A stretch of 63,617 nucleotides of DNA, counting the filler, from Hyphochytrium catenoides (Eukaryota; Protista; Hyphochytriomycota), in NCBI GenBank assembly GCA_900088475.1. It is 10 parts of 10 records of this genome, joined end to end, with 100 filler letters (N's around TTAATTAATTAA, not from the genome) between each part and the next. Parts side by side here need not be neighbours in the genome. Positions count along the whole stretch, not along the records: positions 1 to 15,082 come from FLMG01000027.1; positions 15,183 to 21,010 come from FLMG01000545.1; positions 21,111 to 25,019 come from FLMG01002150.1; 7 more parts are not named here. One strand, 5' to 3'. The position numbers and the translations under genes were made by a program. Shown here in pieces: positions 13,379-23,500 of this stretch. The notes beneath the pieces were generated by a model, which saw only the letters and a list, made by a program, of their open reading frames with translations, did not search any database and was not told the origin of the DNA. Every line of letters begins with the position of its first letter. Position 1 is the stretch's first letter.

Positions 13379-14202
13379 TAAGCCAAGTTAGTCAAAGAAT
13401 AGTACTAGAACCAGACAGCCTAACGCTGCTCTTTGCGTCGTGCTCTGTCCACCCTCTTTCTAGCAACAAAACAGAACCATTAGCACCACCAGGAAGGAAG
13501 AAGTGGCTGGGGTGGTACTCCTAGGTCTACGACTGCCGGCGGTGACGGCAGCGGTGCAGGAGGACCTACTAGCGGCAGGAAGGAGGAGAGCAGTTCATCA
13601 AAAAGCAAGAGCAAACGATCTGCTCTACTCTATTGACAGCTGTGATGAGCACCTGATTCTCCAGACATCAATCAACAGCAGCATCAGAACAACGGAAGGG
13701 AAGGAGGTGGAGGAGGCCGTAACGAAGCAGCAGCAAGCTACTCCCATCCTCCTCCATGTCGCAGATGATTGCTGATTCCTTAGGTGATACTACCTCACGG
13801 AAATTCAAACGCTGCGCGTCAGTTCTTCGGCCCTGGCACTTCTGCACATGGATCCTGAGCTAGTAAGTAGTAGCGCTTCATGCCTACGCCACAGAGATCC
13901 TCCAGCCAAAAGGCGATAGTCATCGGCTTCTGCGGTGCTTCATTGCTTCGCAAGCCCAAGAGCTGCTTCAGCAAGCGGCAGGCAGACGACAAAGAGCTCG
14001 ACAAAGCCCGTGGAACAAGCCTGTCTGCCTTAGTTCCCTATGACAGAAGATGGGGGAGGGATGTCTCTCTCAGCCTAATAATGGGATAATAAGAGGGGTA
14101 TATAATCTATGGATATCGATGGATAATAGAGGCATTCCATTAGTAATGCACCTCTTTGTAGAGGACACGTGACTCTCGAAAATTGTGTCTCGCTGTATCC
14201 GT

Positions 14203-14512
14203 TGAACTCTCTATCATCGCAGGCCTTTTTGAGGTCTTTGATGGGGATTTGATTCAGGACGACTTCCTTAGGCATGGTAGAGTGAAGCTGCTTGTGTATC
14301 AGCTTCCATTGTGCACGCTCGCTAATTTTCTTTTCGTCGTCTGATGAAAGGTCCCCTTCATTTTTCTGACCGATCCGGAAGAGAAGCATGTACGAGCGCG
14401 CACAATGGAAGCTGATACACAAGCAGCTTCACACTCTACATGCCCGCCCAAGGAAGTTCTGAATCAAATCCCATCAAAGACCTCAAAAAGGCCTGCGATG
14501 ATCAAGAGTTCA
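14203..14512. repeat. Inverted duplication with ~120-bp arms and ~70-bp spacer
   Basis: 14203-14321 (tcatcgcaggcctttttgaggtctttgatggggatttgattcag...gtgaagctgcttgtgtatcagcttccattgtgc) is the near-exact reverse complement of 14393-14512. Confidence 0.92.
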
Positions 14513-14827
14513 CTGTTTTGGTGGTGGTTGTCTGGCTAATGCTCGCTGCGGCCAGCTGTTGCGGGCGGACGAGTTCTCTCTTCTCGCGGGAGTCCTCCGC
14601 AATGGAAGAATGGTCAATGCTTGAAGGCTTCTTCGGCATCTTCGGAGGTTCTATTTACTTCTTCTTGTTGTCGAACGCATCCTGTAAGGTTTCTTCCAGC
14701 GGTCGAGAGGGCGATGGGATGGAGCTTCCAGACTGTTTATTTGAAGATCGAAGATCTATTGACTTCCTCCTGAGAGCGCGCTAGTGCGCTAGTAGCTGCG
14801 CTCGTGCATCCTGGTCTGCCCACTAAA

Positions 14828-15082
14828 GAGCATCTCCACCGGGGAGCAGTAAACAATAAAAACTGGGCGTTGAAGGGTCTATACTGTTCGAATACTGTAC
14901 AGCGTTCGCCACCGGGGACCACTAAACAATATTCGAATATGTCGACGAGTGCTTAACGGCTAGGTTGAGCAATAAACTGTATCGGATATTGCTCGGATAG
15001 CCGGAAACGCTCCCTTGTGCAATAACGCAATGGTAGGGATAACCCATACATTCTTCGAGGTCTCCCCTTGGACCTTTGAGAT
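14828..15082 (+). mobile_element. Possible left end of a PIF/Harbinger (Tourist-like) MITE, truncated by the contig end
   Basis: GAGCATCTCCA, preceded by TAAA, resembles the Tourist/Harbinger TIR with a TAA target. It is followed by a duplicated subterminal motif ccaccgggga-ca-taaacaata at ~14836 and ~14909. The right end is not visible. Confidence 0.4.
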
Positions 15083-15182
15083 NNNNNNNNNNNNNNNNNN
15101 NNNNNNNNNNNNNNNNNNNNNNNNNNTTAATTAATTAANNNNNNNNNNNNNNNNNNNNNNNNNNNNNNNNNNNNNNNNNNNN
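15083..15182. other. Artificial contig linker N44-TTAATTAATTAA-N44 (first of nine)
   Basis: The identical 100-bp linker, with stops in all six frames, also occurs at 21011-21110, 25020-25119, 37372-37471, 38759-38858, 40673-40772, 52750-52849, 59167-59266 and 60551-60650. Confidence 0.97.
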
Positions 15183-15297
15183 TCTCTCTCTCTCTTTCTT
15201 TCTCTCTTTCGCACACACACACACACACACTCTTTTGTTTCTCTTTCTCTCTCTCTCTCTTCTGCGTTTCTCTGACTGTTGGTCCGTCTCTTCCTAC

Positions 15298-15630
15298 CTG
15301 TGCGCCGTCATAAATCTCTCCGTTCCAGAGGAGAAGGTTCCCTTCCTCATCTCTCCAGGGCTGAGAGGCAAGCTCCTCCCCGCGCAGGTGCAGCACAGAA
15401 GAGAAGAGAAAGCACTGGGTGCCATTCTCCGCTCCTCTCTGTTCCTCTCCCTCCATCTCTCTCTCCTTTGTCTCTCCTCCTCTCTCTCTCTTCCCCTGCA
15501 GGTACACCTCTCCCTGGGAGTCAGGTCCTCGGCGTCTCAGTGTCTGCCTCAGGCGCTCTCTCAGACGGACGAGGACTTCAGGCGGAGCCGAGCCCATCGT
15601 CGCAGGGATGATCAGCCCGATGCCGCACAT
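15298..15630 (-). CDS. ASNSD1: Asparagine synthetase domain-containing protein 1, first exon (class II glutamine amidotransferase-type N-terminus); rest beyond contig end
   Basis: MCGIG...LRRRGPDS...FSSVLHLRG...QPWRDEEGNLLLWNGEIYDG matches the ASNSD1 signature. The 333-nt exon ends at a CAG|GTAGG donor. Confidence 0.88.
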
Positions 15631-15636
15631 GCTGTC

Positions 15637-15672
<36 letters not shown>

Positions 15673-15969
15673 GAAGGGGAGGGAGGAAAGAGAGATGGCA
15701 AAGATGGGAGAAAGGATACAAGGAGAGAGAGAGAGAGAGAGAGAGAAAAGAGAGAGAGAGTGGAAAGCGGCGGCAAGTAGAGGAGAAATGGGAAAGTTAG
15801 AGATCAATAGCGATAGCTTGAGCAAGGAGCAAGCTCTTATTATGTGCCAGGTTAGAAACATGCCGTCTGCCGCACCGCTCTCTCTCTCCCCTCTCTCTCC
15901 TCTCCACTGTCTCTCTCTACCACCTTCAAAAGCAATGAAAACCATTACTTCCCCCCGTGCTCTTTCGAT

Positions 15970-16021
<52 letters not shown>

Positions 16022-16151
16022 TCTCTTCCTGCCCTTTCACTGCTCAATAATGATCCATTGACCATCAGAATACTTGCGGAGTAGATCTATCTGGTACCTT
16101 GATGGCAAGTAAAGAAAGGTTTCCATTTATTTTCGTGTGTACGTAACTATC

Positions 16152-16927
16152 CCCTACAGTACTGTAATTAGGTATCACCTGTTATTATTGGTGAAATCGC
16201 GGAAAACATGATAACTTTGTTCCCACCCTTTGCTGCCAATTTGTATAATACGTTTTCTAATTACACTCCCCAAGTTTGCTGCTCTGAAAATGACTTGAAT
16301 TTTGTACAAGTTGTAGTACTACTATAGGCTGATGGAGGAGGGCAGCCTCTATTCCCAAATGGGGCGTGAAGGCTGGCACTACTGACTGACATCTTACTCT
16401 CTGGTGTAGGGTCAGAATCTGCCAGGAGATGAACTAACATTCCAGCTTTCGTGCCCAGAAATTTCTGAGGGGAGGTCTGGATGTGCCTCAGTGAAGAGAG
16501 ACCCATAAGTGCAATTACCCGGGTCAAGGTCGGAGTCTGCCTTAAGAACCTGCTGAAAAAAGTTCGTGTTGATGGAGTTTGCTATGAGACTCCCCGGGAA
16601 GGAGCTTTAAGTCACATCCCGAGCTTGACCCGGGTAATTGCACTCATAGGAGTCACTTCACTGAGGCACATCCAGACCTACCCTCAGAGGTTTCGGCCCC
16701 TGGTTCCCACAAGCACACCATAGGTTGAGTAGATAGATGACAGCCCATTTTGGGAATAGAGGCTGCCCTCCATCAGCCCATACAAAATCAAGTCATTTTC
16801 AGAGCAGCAAATTTGGGGAGTAGTGTAATAATAATTGGGAAACGTATACAAATCGGCAGCAAAGTTTGGGAACAAAGTTTTCACATTTCTCGCGATTTCA
16901 CCCTTACCCTAACTAAAAACTATAGGG
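16152..16927. mobile_element. About 780-bp foldback/MITE-like element with ~300-400-bp inverted arms
   Basis: Left ggtgaaatcgc...actttgttccc...gctgctctgaaaatgacttga...gagggcagcctctattcccaaa...gtctggatgtgcctcagtgaag...gtgcaattacccgggtcaag mirrors the right arm ending gcgatttcacc. The termini are ccctacag...ctataggg and the loop is ~16550-16605. Confidence 0.85.
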
Positions 16928-19653
16928 AAAGAGGCGAACAGAAAAAGCGTCGATTCCACCATAATTATTATAATGCCTTCCTCTTGACTCTTGAACAGCG
17001 GTTCATGAACCAGATCTGTTCAATGATCGATGAGGGCAAAAATGGTCACAAATTATTGTTGAGAAAGAGTCGACGACTAAGATGGGGGCTTCGGACAGCC
17101 TTAGACTTGTGGGGGGCCAAAGAGGACGATGGCCCAACAAGATGGGTGGTGCTTTCTAGGAGAGAGCCTTTAGGCCAAGGTTTTGGACTCCTCGCTTGCA
17201 CGTATGCTGGTCATAGAACTATGTTCAATGGATTGATGGAAGTTATTTTGTTCCTAGTTGACAAGAAGCGATTGAGGAGAGAAGGGCGTGGGCGCGGTCA
17301 GCAGTCCACGTTGTTGTGCCCAAAAAGAGAAAGAAGTGGCGAACAGTAAACCTGCCAGCGCAATTGAGAGAGTGAACACAAGCTGGGAAGAGGATGCGGA
17401 GAGATGAGCAAATGGAGAAGGAGAGTCCGCAGTCATTAGAAGCTAGGAGCTCCAGTCCTCCCATCATCGGTCCAAAAAGAAGGAACTCTTGTCCACCTTT
17501 ATCCCCCTGATTCTCCTGCATTAAGGAGATTCTGAACTATTAGCTTATTCACAAAAGACACAACTAGTGATCTTCAACAGTTTGAGGCTGCGGAACTGTC
17601 TCCGTTGTTGCGGCTGCCGTCCTACGACGTCCATCATGCCGCTCTATCTAGCCTACGGGGCCATCGCCGGATTGTGAGGATCTGGGTGTTCATAAGAAGT
17701 GACACTGTTCTGTCTAAGCTTTAGAGAGGAGAAAAGAAGATCGAAGGAACAGCGGTAACGCGAGGGCTTAGAAGAGGGCAGGATGGATAGATTTATTGCG
17801 AGCCCACTTGAGGTGGGCGAGCCCAGTTTAGGCAACAGGCTGATGCGGGTGGAAAGGGAGTGGCCAAAGGTTTGAGGCTTATGAGCTGGGTGTCTGTCTG
17901 CGTCTTGTCCAATGTTTGTCATTCTGTCACACAATGTCCGGGTCGTTTAGGTGATACTCGAGTCTCCTTCCAGGCAGTTCGGTCCAAACCTTCTGCTTAT
18001 GAGTGTCAACAGCTTGTCGTCACACTAAACGTCTTGGCGGTAACACGTCACAACTTTTGTGTGGAGATTGTATGGCAAAGCATGGCCCGGAGAGACATCA
18101 CTCCATCACCAAAGCCCAAGAGGTAGGACTCATATAATTTTGAGGGTACAGGGTGTCCCGACCCGGGACTCACTTTCGGGATATGCACTCGGGTCTGAGT
18201 TCCCATCGACGTTAGTTCGTGGTGCAGATTTTCATCTTTCATTCACCCTTCTTCTGGTGGTGGTACCTGTACAGTACAGGTTCTATCTACCTTCCCTAAT
18301 CCAGCCGGGCTGGATTACGCCTTACCATGGGCGAGCCCGCGGCGAGCTGCCCGTATCTTAATATAGATCTGCCATCAGGCATTCCCTCACTGGTAGAAGC
18401 ACTTGGGAAGCGCGTCTTTCGTTGCATCCAAGCAAAGCGTCACTTAGAACTGCTGTTTTGGTCGCGGTCGCCAGTCAGCAGCCTTCCTCTCTCTATTAAT
18501 GGACGGACTTCGACCACCACAGAGAGCGAGCATGGTCTCCGTGTTAGGAGCAAATAAAGGACCAATAATACTCCTCCTCATGCGGTGATGGTGCAGCAGA
18601 GGAGCCAAGGTCCTCCAATTGTGGCACAGGAGGAACATGTCAACCTGTATTCATTGTGAAGCTTTTAGAGCTTGAGACTTGTTGATTATCCAGACTACCA
18701 GAGGGAGCCCAATTGACCAAAACACTGTGTGTCTAAACGCTACAACCTGAAAGCTGCTGCAGACCTCCAAAAGCACGCTGCTATCATCATTGAAGGTCGC
18801 AGGTAGGAGGCTTCGAACATCATTGTTATAGCGGTGCTGGTAGTCAATCCCATTGTTGGTTGACCTCATGCCCGACCGACTTATCGCTTATGGTACGTCG
18901 AACAACTCTCCACCATGAAGAACCAATGAGGAGGACCCTTATGCCACCAATCGAGTGGCACAAGTTGGTCTAAGTTAGTCCACCATGAAAAGGAACTCTA
19001 GCGGCGCAGTCATTGGTCATTATTCGGCCTTGCGTTATGTAGCAGCTGAGTGAGAAAGGCACATATTCCTTCCATGTCCTTTCAGTTCTTAGAGGCCAAC
19101 AACAGAACCTTCAACGTGAGCAAGAAAGCCCATCATCCGCTGCTTCATCCTCACTTCCTAAGTTTGATGGGGGCCTTTTATTTCCCATGAGGACCTACCA
19201 GATAGCCTATGTGCCCTACATATCAGAGGCTGATAACGACGAAGACGACAACTTTGGTGCTTCGGTGGCTTGGGATAGCTTCTTCATCACAGCTGCCCAC
19301 ATAATATCCTACTATGCTTCGTCATGAACCTTGCTTAAAAGTTTGTTAGGCGAGTGCTTGACCTTGCTGCTGCTAAGGCTCGACATTCCTCTCGGCAGCA
19401 CGCAAGCAGGGCATTCATTCCCAGTAAGACAAAGATGACAAGGTCAGGTGGATATGGGATGGCGTGCAGCCTTCCTTGTTGCTTCACTCCATAAAAATAA
19501 ACAACGGAAAGGACTAGCACTTCTACGTAGTCAACGATAGTCAACGAGCCACTGCTAATCATCATTAATATTCATACTTCCACTTGCGGAATAAGCTTTC
19601 TTAAGCTCCACCGCGCCAAGCAATCCCGCTTCTTTCTACCTTGTGACGCAACC

Positions 19654-20577
19654 ATGAAGATCAGTGCTGTGTGCCTAACGCGGATCTCCGTAATATGGCT
19701 CTGCCAGTTGCTTCTTCTGACAGGGCCGTTGAAGTCCTGCCGGGCCGCTCAGCAAGACCAGCTTCCAAACCCCAAATCGCCGTGGGGCGCAATTGGCAAG
19801 GCTATTGGTGGTGATCTTGGTATCAACGCCATCTCCGGAGTCCTTTTGGGTTCCTTAAAGCCGAATGCTGTCCCTGAGAACCGAGGTGATAAACACTTAA
19901 GCGCCCAAATTATGCCCGTTGCCGAGCAGCTCGGGACAGCTTTCACCGTCACTTTCGAGGGTGCTGGAGCCTCAGATAGCATCAATGTTTACAGTGGCAA
20001 GCAAAGGGTGAGATGCGAGGATTGGCCAAAGCCCAATAGGTATACGTATATGTTCATAAGACAGGGCTTCAGTGCCTGGGGATGGAAGGAGACTGAAGGA
20101 GGCAACATCATTGAGAAGGTGAAGGTTAGCATGATTGGCAGTCATAGTCGTGTCAGCAACATCTGTCTTTCGATTGGCCACCGCCATAACTCAGACAATG
20201 CTCATCAGCATTTCTGTCTATCTTCACTGGTCTACCTAGCCTGCGAGCCTAACAGACCTGGGCGAGAGCACATGACGAAAGGCGACATGCATTGGGGCGG
20301 AGGTAATGGTATCAATGAAATGGTAGTGGAGGACTGGGATGCGTATTACAGCGAACAGCACCGCTTCGGGGACTGCGTGCTGAATTGCGGGGATGATCCC
20401 AAATGCAAGGAGGATAAATGCAGCGACGCCCTTGTGGGAATGTGCAGGCTACTTAGCGTCAAGAAGCATAATCAAGGGACCAACCTCTTCAACAATAACA
20501 TATTTGACCATCGAAGAATGTATGGAGAAGAGAGGTTTTGCAAGCTGGACGGCGGCCCCGTGTTAGAAGGACGATGA
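19654..20577 (+). CDS. Intronless predicted secreted cysteine-rich protein of unknown family (307 aa)
   Basis: 924-bp microsatellite-free ORF with ACCATG start context. The N-terminus is signal-peptide-like (ISVIWLCQLLLLTGPLKSCRA) and the composition is normal. There are 10 Cys in the predicted mature region, including CVLNCGDDPKCKEDKC. Confidence 0.8.
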   Translation: MKISAVCLTRISVIWLCQLLLLTGPLKSCRAAQQDQLPNPKSPWGAIGKAIGGDLGINAISGVLLGSLKPNAVPENRGDKHLSAQIMPVAEQLGTAFTVTFEGAGASDSINVYSGKQRVRCEDWPKPNRYTYMFIRQGFSAWGWKETEGGNIIEKVKVSMIGSHSRVSNICLSIGHRHNSDNAHQHFCLSSLVYLACEPNRPGREHMTKGDMHWGGGNGINEMVVEDWDAYYSEQHRFGDCVLNCGDDPKCKEDKCSDALVGMCRLLSVKKHNQGTNLFNNNIFDHRRMYGEERFCKLDGGPVLEGR

Positions 20578-23500
20578 TCACGTTACTAATGCAACCAACC
20601 AGTAGATCTCGTCGCTGCTCAGGAACAAGCCACCGCTATGGTGGTAGGCACTGGTAGTCAGGAGAATGGTAACCTAACCTATTAGCACTTAGAGGGGTCG
20701 CTGTTGAGGACACGACGAGAGCTACTACCCTGTATGCCATTCTGGCCTTTTCAGATGTGAATAGTAGATTTTTTTTTGCCGCGGGCCTGGTCCTCTCGTT
20801 AGCTCTGCTATGGTAGGGAATTGTGCTGAAGTTGCATCGTCGGTGATAGTAAGGAGGTCGTCCAATCATCACTACTCAGCACCGATGTGCAGCAAAATTA
20901 TACGGAAAATAGTTACCAGCATGAAAAGCAAGTGATGCTCTCAATTTCCAGCTACCTGCCAACGCTGACACACCTGGTCAGCTCTGGCGGCATGGTCACC
21001 CTACACCTGCNNNNNNNNNNNNNNNNNNNNNNNNNNNNNNNNNNNNNNNNNNNNTTAATTAATTAANNNNNNNNNNNNNNNNNNNNNNNNNNNNNNNNNN
21101 NNNNNNNNNNAGAGAGAGAGAGAGAGAGAGAGAAAAGAGAGAGAAGAGAGGGAGCAGTTTGATATTGTGGGGGCTTGGCCGCAACTGACATAACCTCCCA
21201 ATTATCTGTCGCCATTATCTGTCTTCTTGCACATATAGATCTTCTTCCTCTAACTGTCCTTATTACCCTAACAAGCCTCACTATCTCTCATAATATACGT
21301 GATCTGTCTCGAAGATAATATATATCTCAGGCCCTCTGTCTCGTTGCGTCCTCTTTCCTCTCGCATTCTGTTAGAAGTGTGGGTCCTGCATTGCTCCTGA
21401 TTGGGTAGGTTCCAGAACAGACGACATTACTACGCCAACTATATGCTTAGGATATATAGACTTATTCTCTTCCTATTACTACTGCCATCCTGTAGTCTAG
21501 TCCTCGCACCGTTGGATTAGGGTTCCCTAACCTTGAGATCCCTACCCCATGGTACTATATTGCCTATGGTCTTTCTAAAAATCAAAGCAGTGAAGGATTA
21601 ACATAAAAGAGGAAATCCGTTGATTGGGGTGTCTCTTTCCAATGGGGAAAGCGCCTTGTGGGCTCTTCCCATCCCCGAATGATTGTTTCAGACATGATGT
21701 ATGCAATGTGCGTCGTAGCTGTACCTCCTGGAAACTCTCACAAATAAACCCACAATGTCTGTAGTTCGAGCGTTGTATCCTTGTTTGTAAAGACTGATGT
21801 CACTCTTTTTCGTCATCAAAGAGTTTGGCTAAGATTCAGTTTAGGACCAAAGTGCAGTGTTTCCCATAGATAATGTTAGGCGTGACGGCCTGTGATGCCG
21901 CAGGTCCGAGAGACAAACCTTCGTTGATCTTCGATAAGAATTTGCAGTGACGTCAAAGAAGAAGAGACAGGCGGATGGATAGAGCTTTCTCTTCTTAGGT
22001 TCTAAAGCTCTTTAGCTTTTTCCCTGAGAGAACGGGCGTGATCAAGATCAAAAGAGCCAAGAAACGCTGTTGGGACGATTGGCGGGACGTCCGTGTGACG
22101 TACTGCAATATGTATAAGAGCCTGAGACAGGCGATGACGGGGTATAGATGCCAGGTGCTGGTGGTGGTACATAAACCTTGAGACTGACGTATGTTCCTCT
22201 TCTTCGAGCCCGCCGGTTTGTTGCATGGGAGAGCGTAGATCGAAGCGCATTGGAGATGATGAAGCACAGGCGGATCAGAATTGTCTGCCTCTCGGAGTTT
22301 ATCTTCTGCTCCGAACTAGAAAGAATGACATGGAACTAGTTAGTATGCCTTGTGACTGTACTATCCATTTTGTACCGTAGAGCTCGGCGATGCTCTTCTC
22401 ATGTTGTCTCCTCAGACGTTGGTCGACTTGATTGTGCTAGGGGCTACCGATAACAGTATGTCCATGCTAAGGACTTCCATCACTTTCAAGAGACAAACCT
22501 ATAACCTTTACGTGGCTACCTGTAGAATAGTGGTGGCCGCTGGCAATGGAGACAATAATAATGGCGAAACTCTCGCTGTGCCTCGTTTCTCGATTGTCTA
22601 TCGTACCCTGTCTTAGCTTTGGGGCAGCGAGTAGTTCCTAGATAGGGAAGATGAAGAAGGGACGACAAGCCAGATGAAACAACACCTCCTCCTTATGACA
22701 TTTGGAGAGGTTAGATATAACAGGAGGGCGCCTGTCGTACCGGCATCATCGTGCAGCAGTGCGGAAACAAACCCGCAGGACAAGCACTACTCTTTGGTTC
22801 GTATATACCGGTGCTGCCGCTGCCTAATCGTGCTAGTACTTGTCTCTCCTCGTCGTCGTCGTCTCGTATGCTTGGTGGTTGATGAAAGTCCAATGATTAG
22901 AAACCGGCCTAGTAGTTCTATAGCTCTTCAGTTCTCGTTGAAAGCAGCAGCAGAGTAGCGCTTCTTTGTTCTCGCGCACCGCCCCATGTTATTGGGACGA
23001 TAGTGGATTGACTGTCTCATGGAGAGGATGAGGAAAAGAAGGCATGCTGAGTCCAAACTATGCATCGGCTATAGGAATGGGGAAGGCTCGTAAGTAGTAG
23101 GTTATGAATAGAAGTAAACTACACATCTTATTCTTCGTTGAGATGATGAAGAGCTTGAGAATCAAGGTCTTCTTCTTTTTTGCCTTCTGTGCTTAGCAAT
23201 TCACGTTCAACAACAAGAAGGCGAAGGGGCATTCTATGGCCCAAGTGGACAGCAGCAAGGGGCCAGGACTGCCAAGGAAGTGCTACTTCTTGTTGACGGC
23301 TTCCAATCGCTGCACCAGACGAGCGTCAACATCAGGACATTCGTCCCATCTTCCTTTTTGCTTCTCGTCGTCGTTCCGTCGCCATCATAACATCCATCGT
23401 CATCGTGTATCATTACCTTCTAGCCTGCGCACCTCCACTATTGTTGCCTATCATCAGGCCATCATCATCTCACACATCGTGCGCGGCGCTATCCTTGCGC

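Noticed and set aside
15127-15138. Recurrent palindrome TTAATTAATTAA as a biological motif
   Set aside because: It is always centred in an identical 100-bp N block, so it is an artificial six-frame-stop contig linker.
16750-17349. 199-aa ORF
   Set aside because: It starts at a non-ATG codon inside the foldback arm and has no recognisable motif, so it is probably chance.
17900-19060. B-box-like (LCGDCMAKH...HH) and OTU-like (GHYSAL) peptide scraps
   Set aside because: The motifs are too short and are surrounded by stops and frameshifts. They cannot be supported without a profile search.
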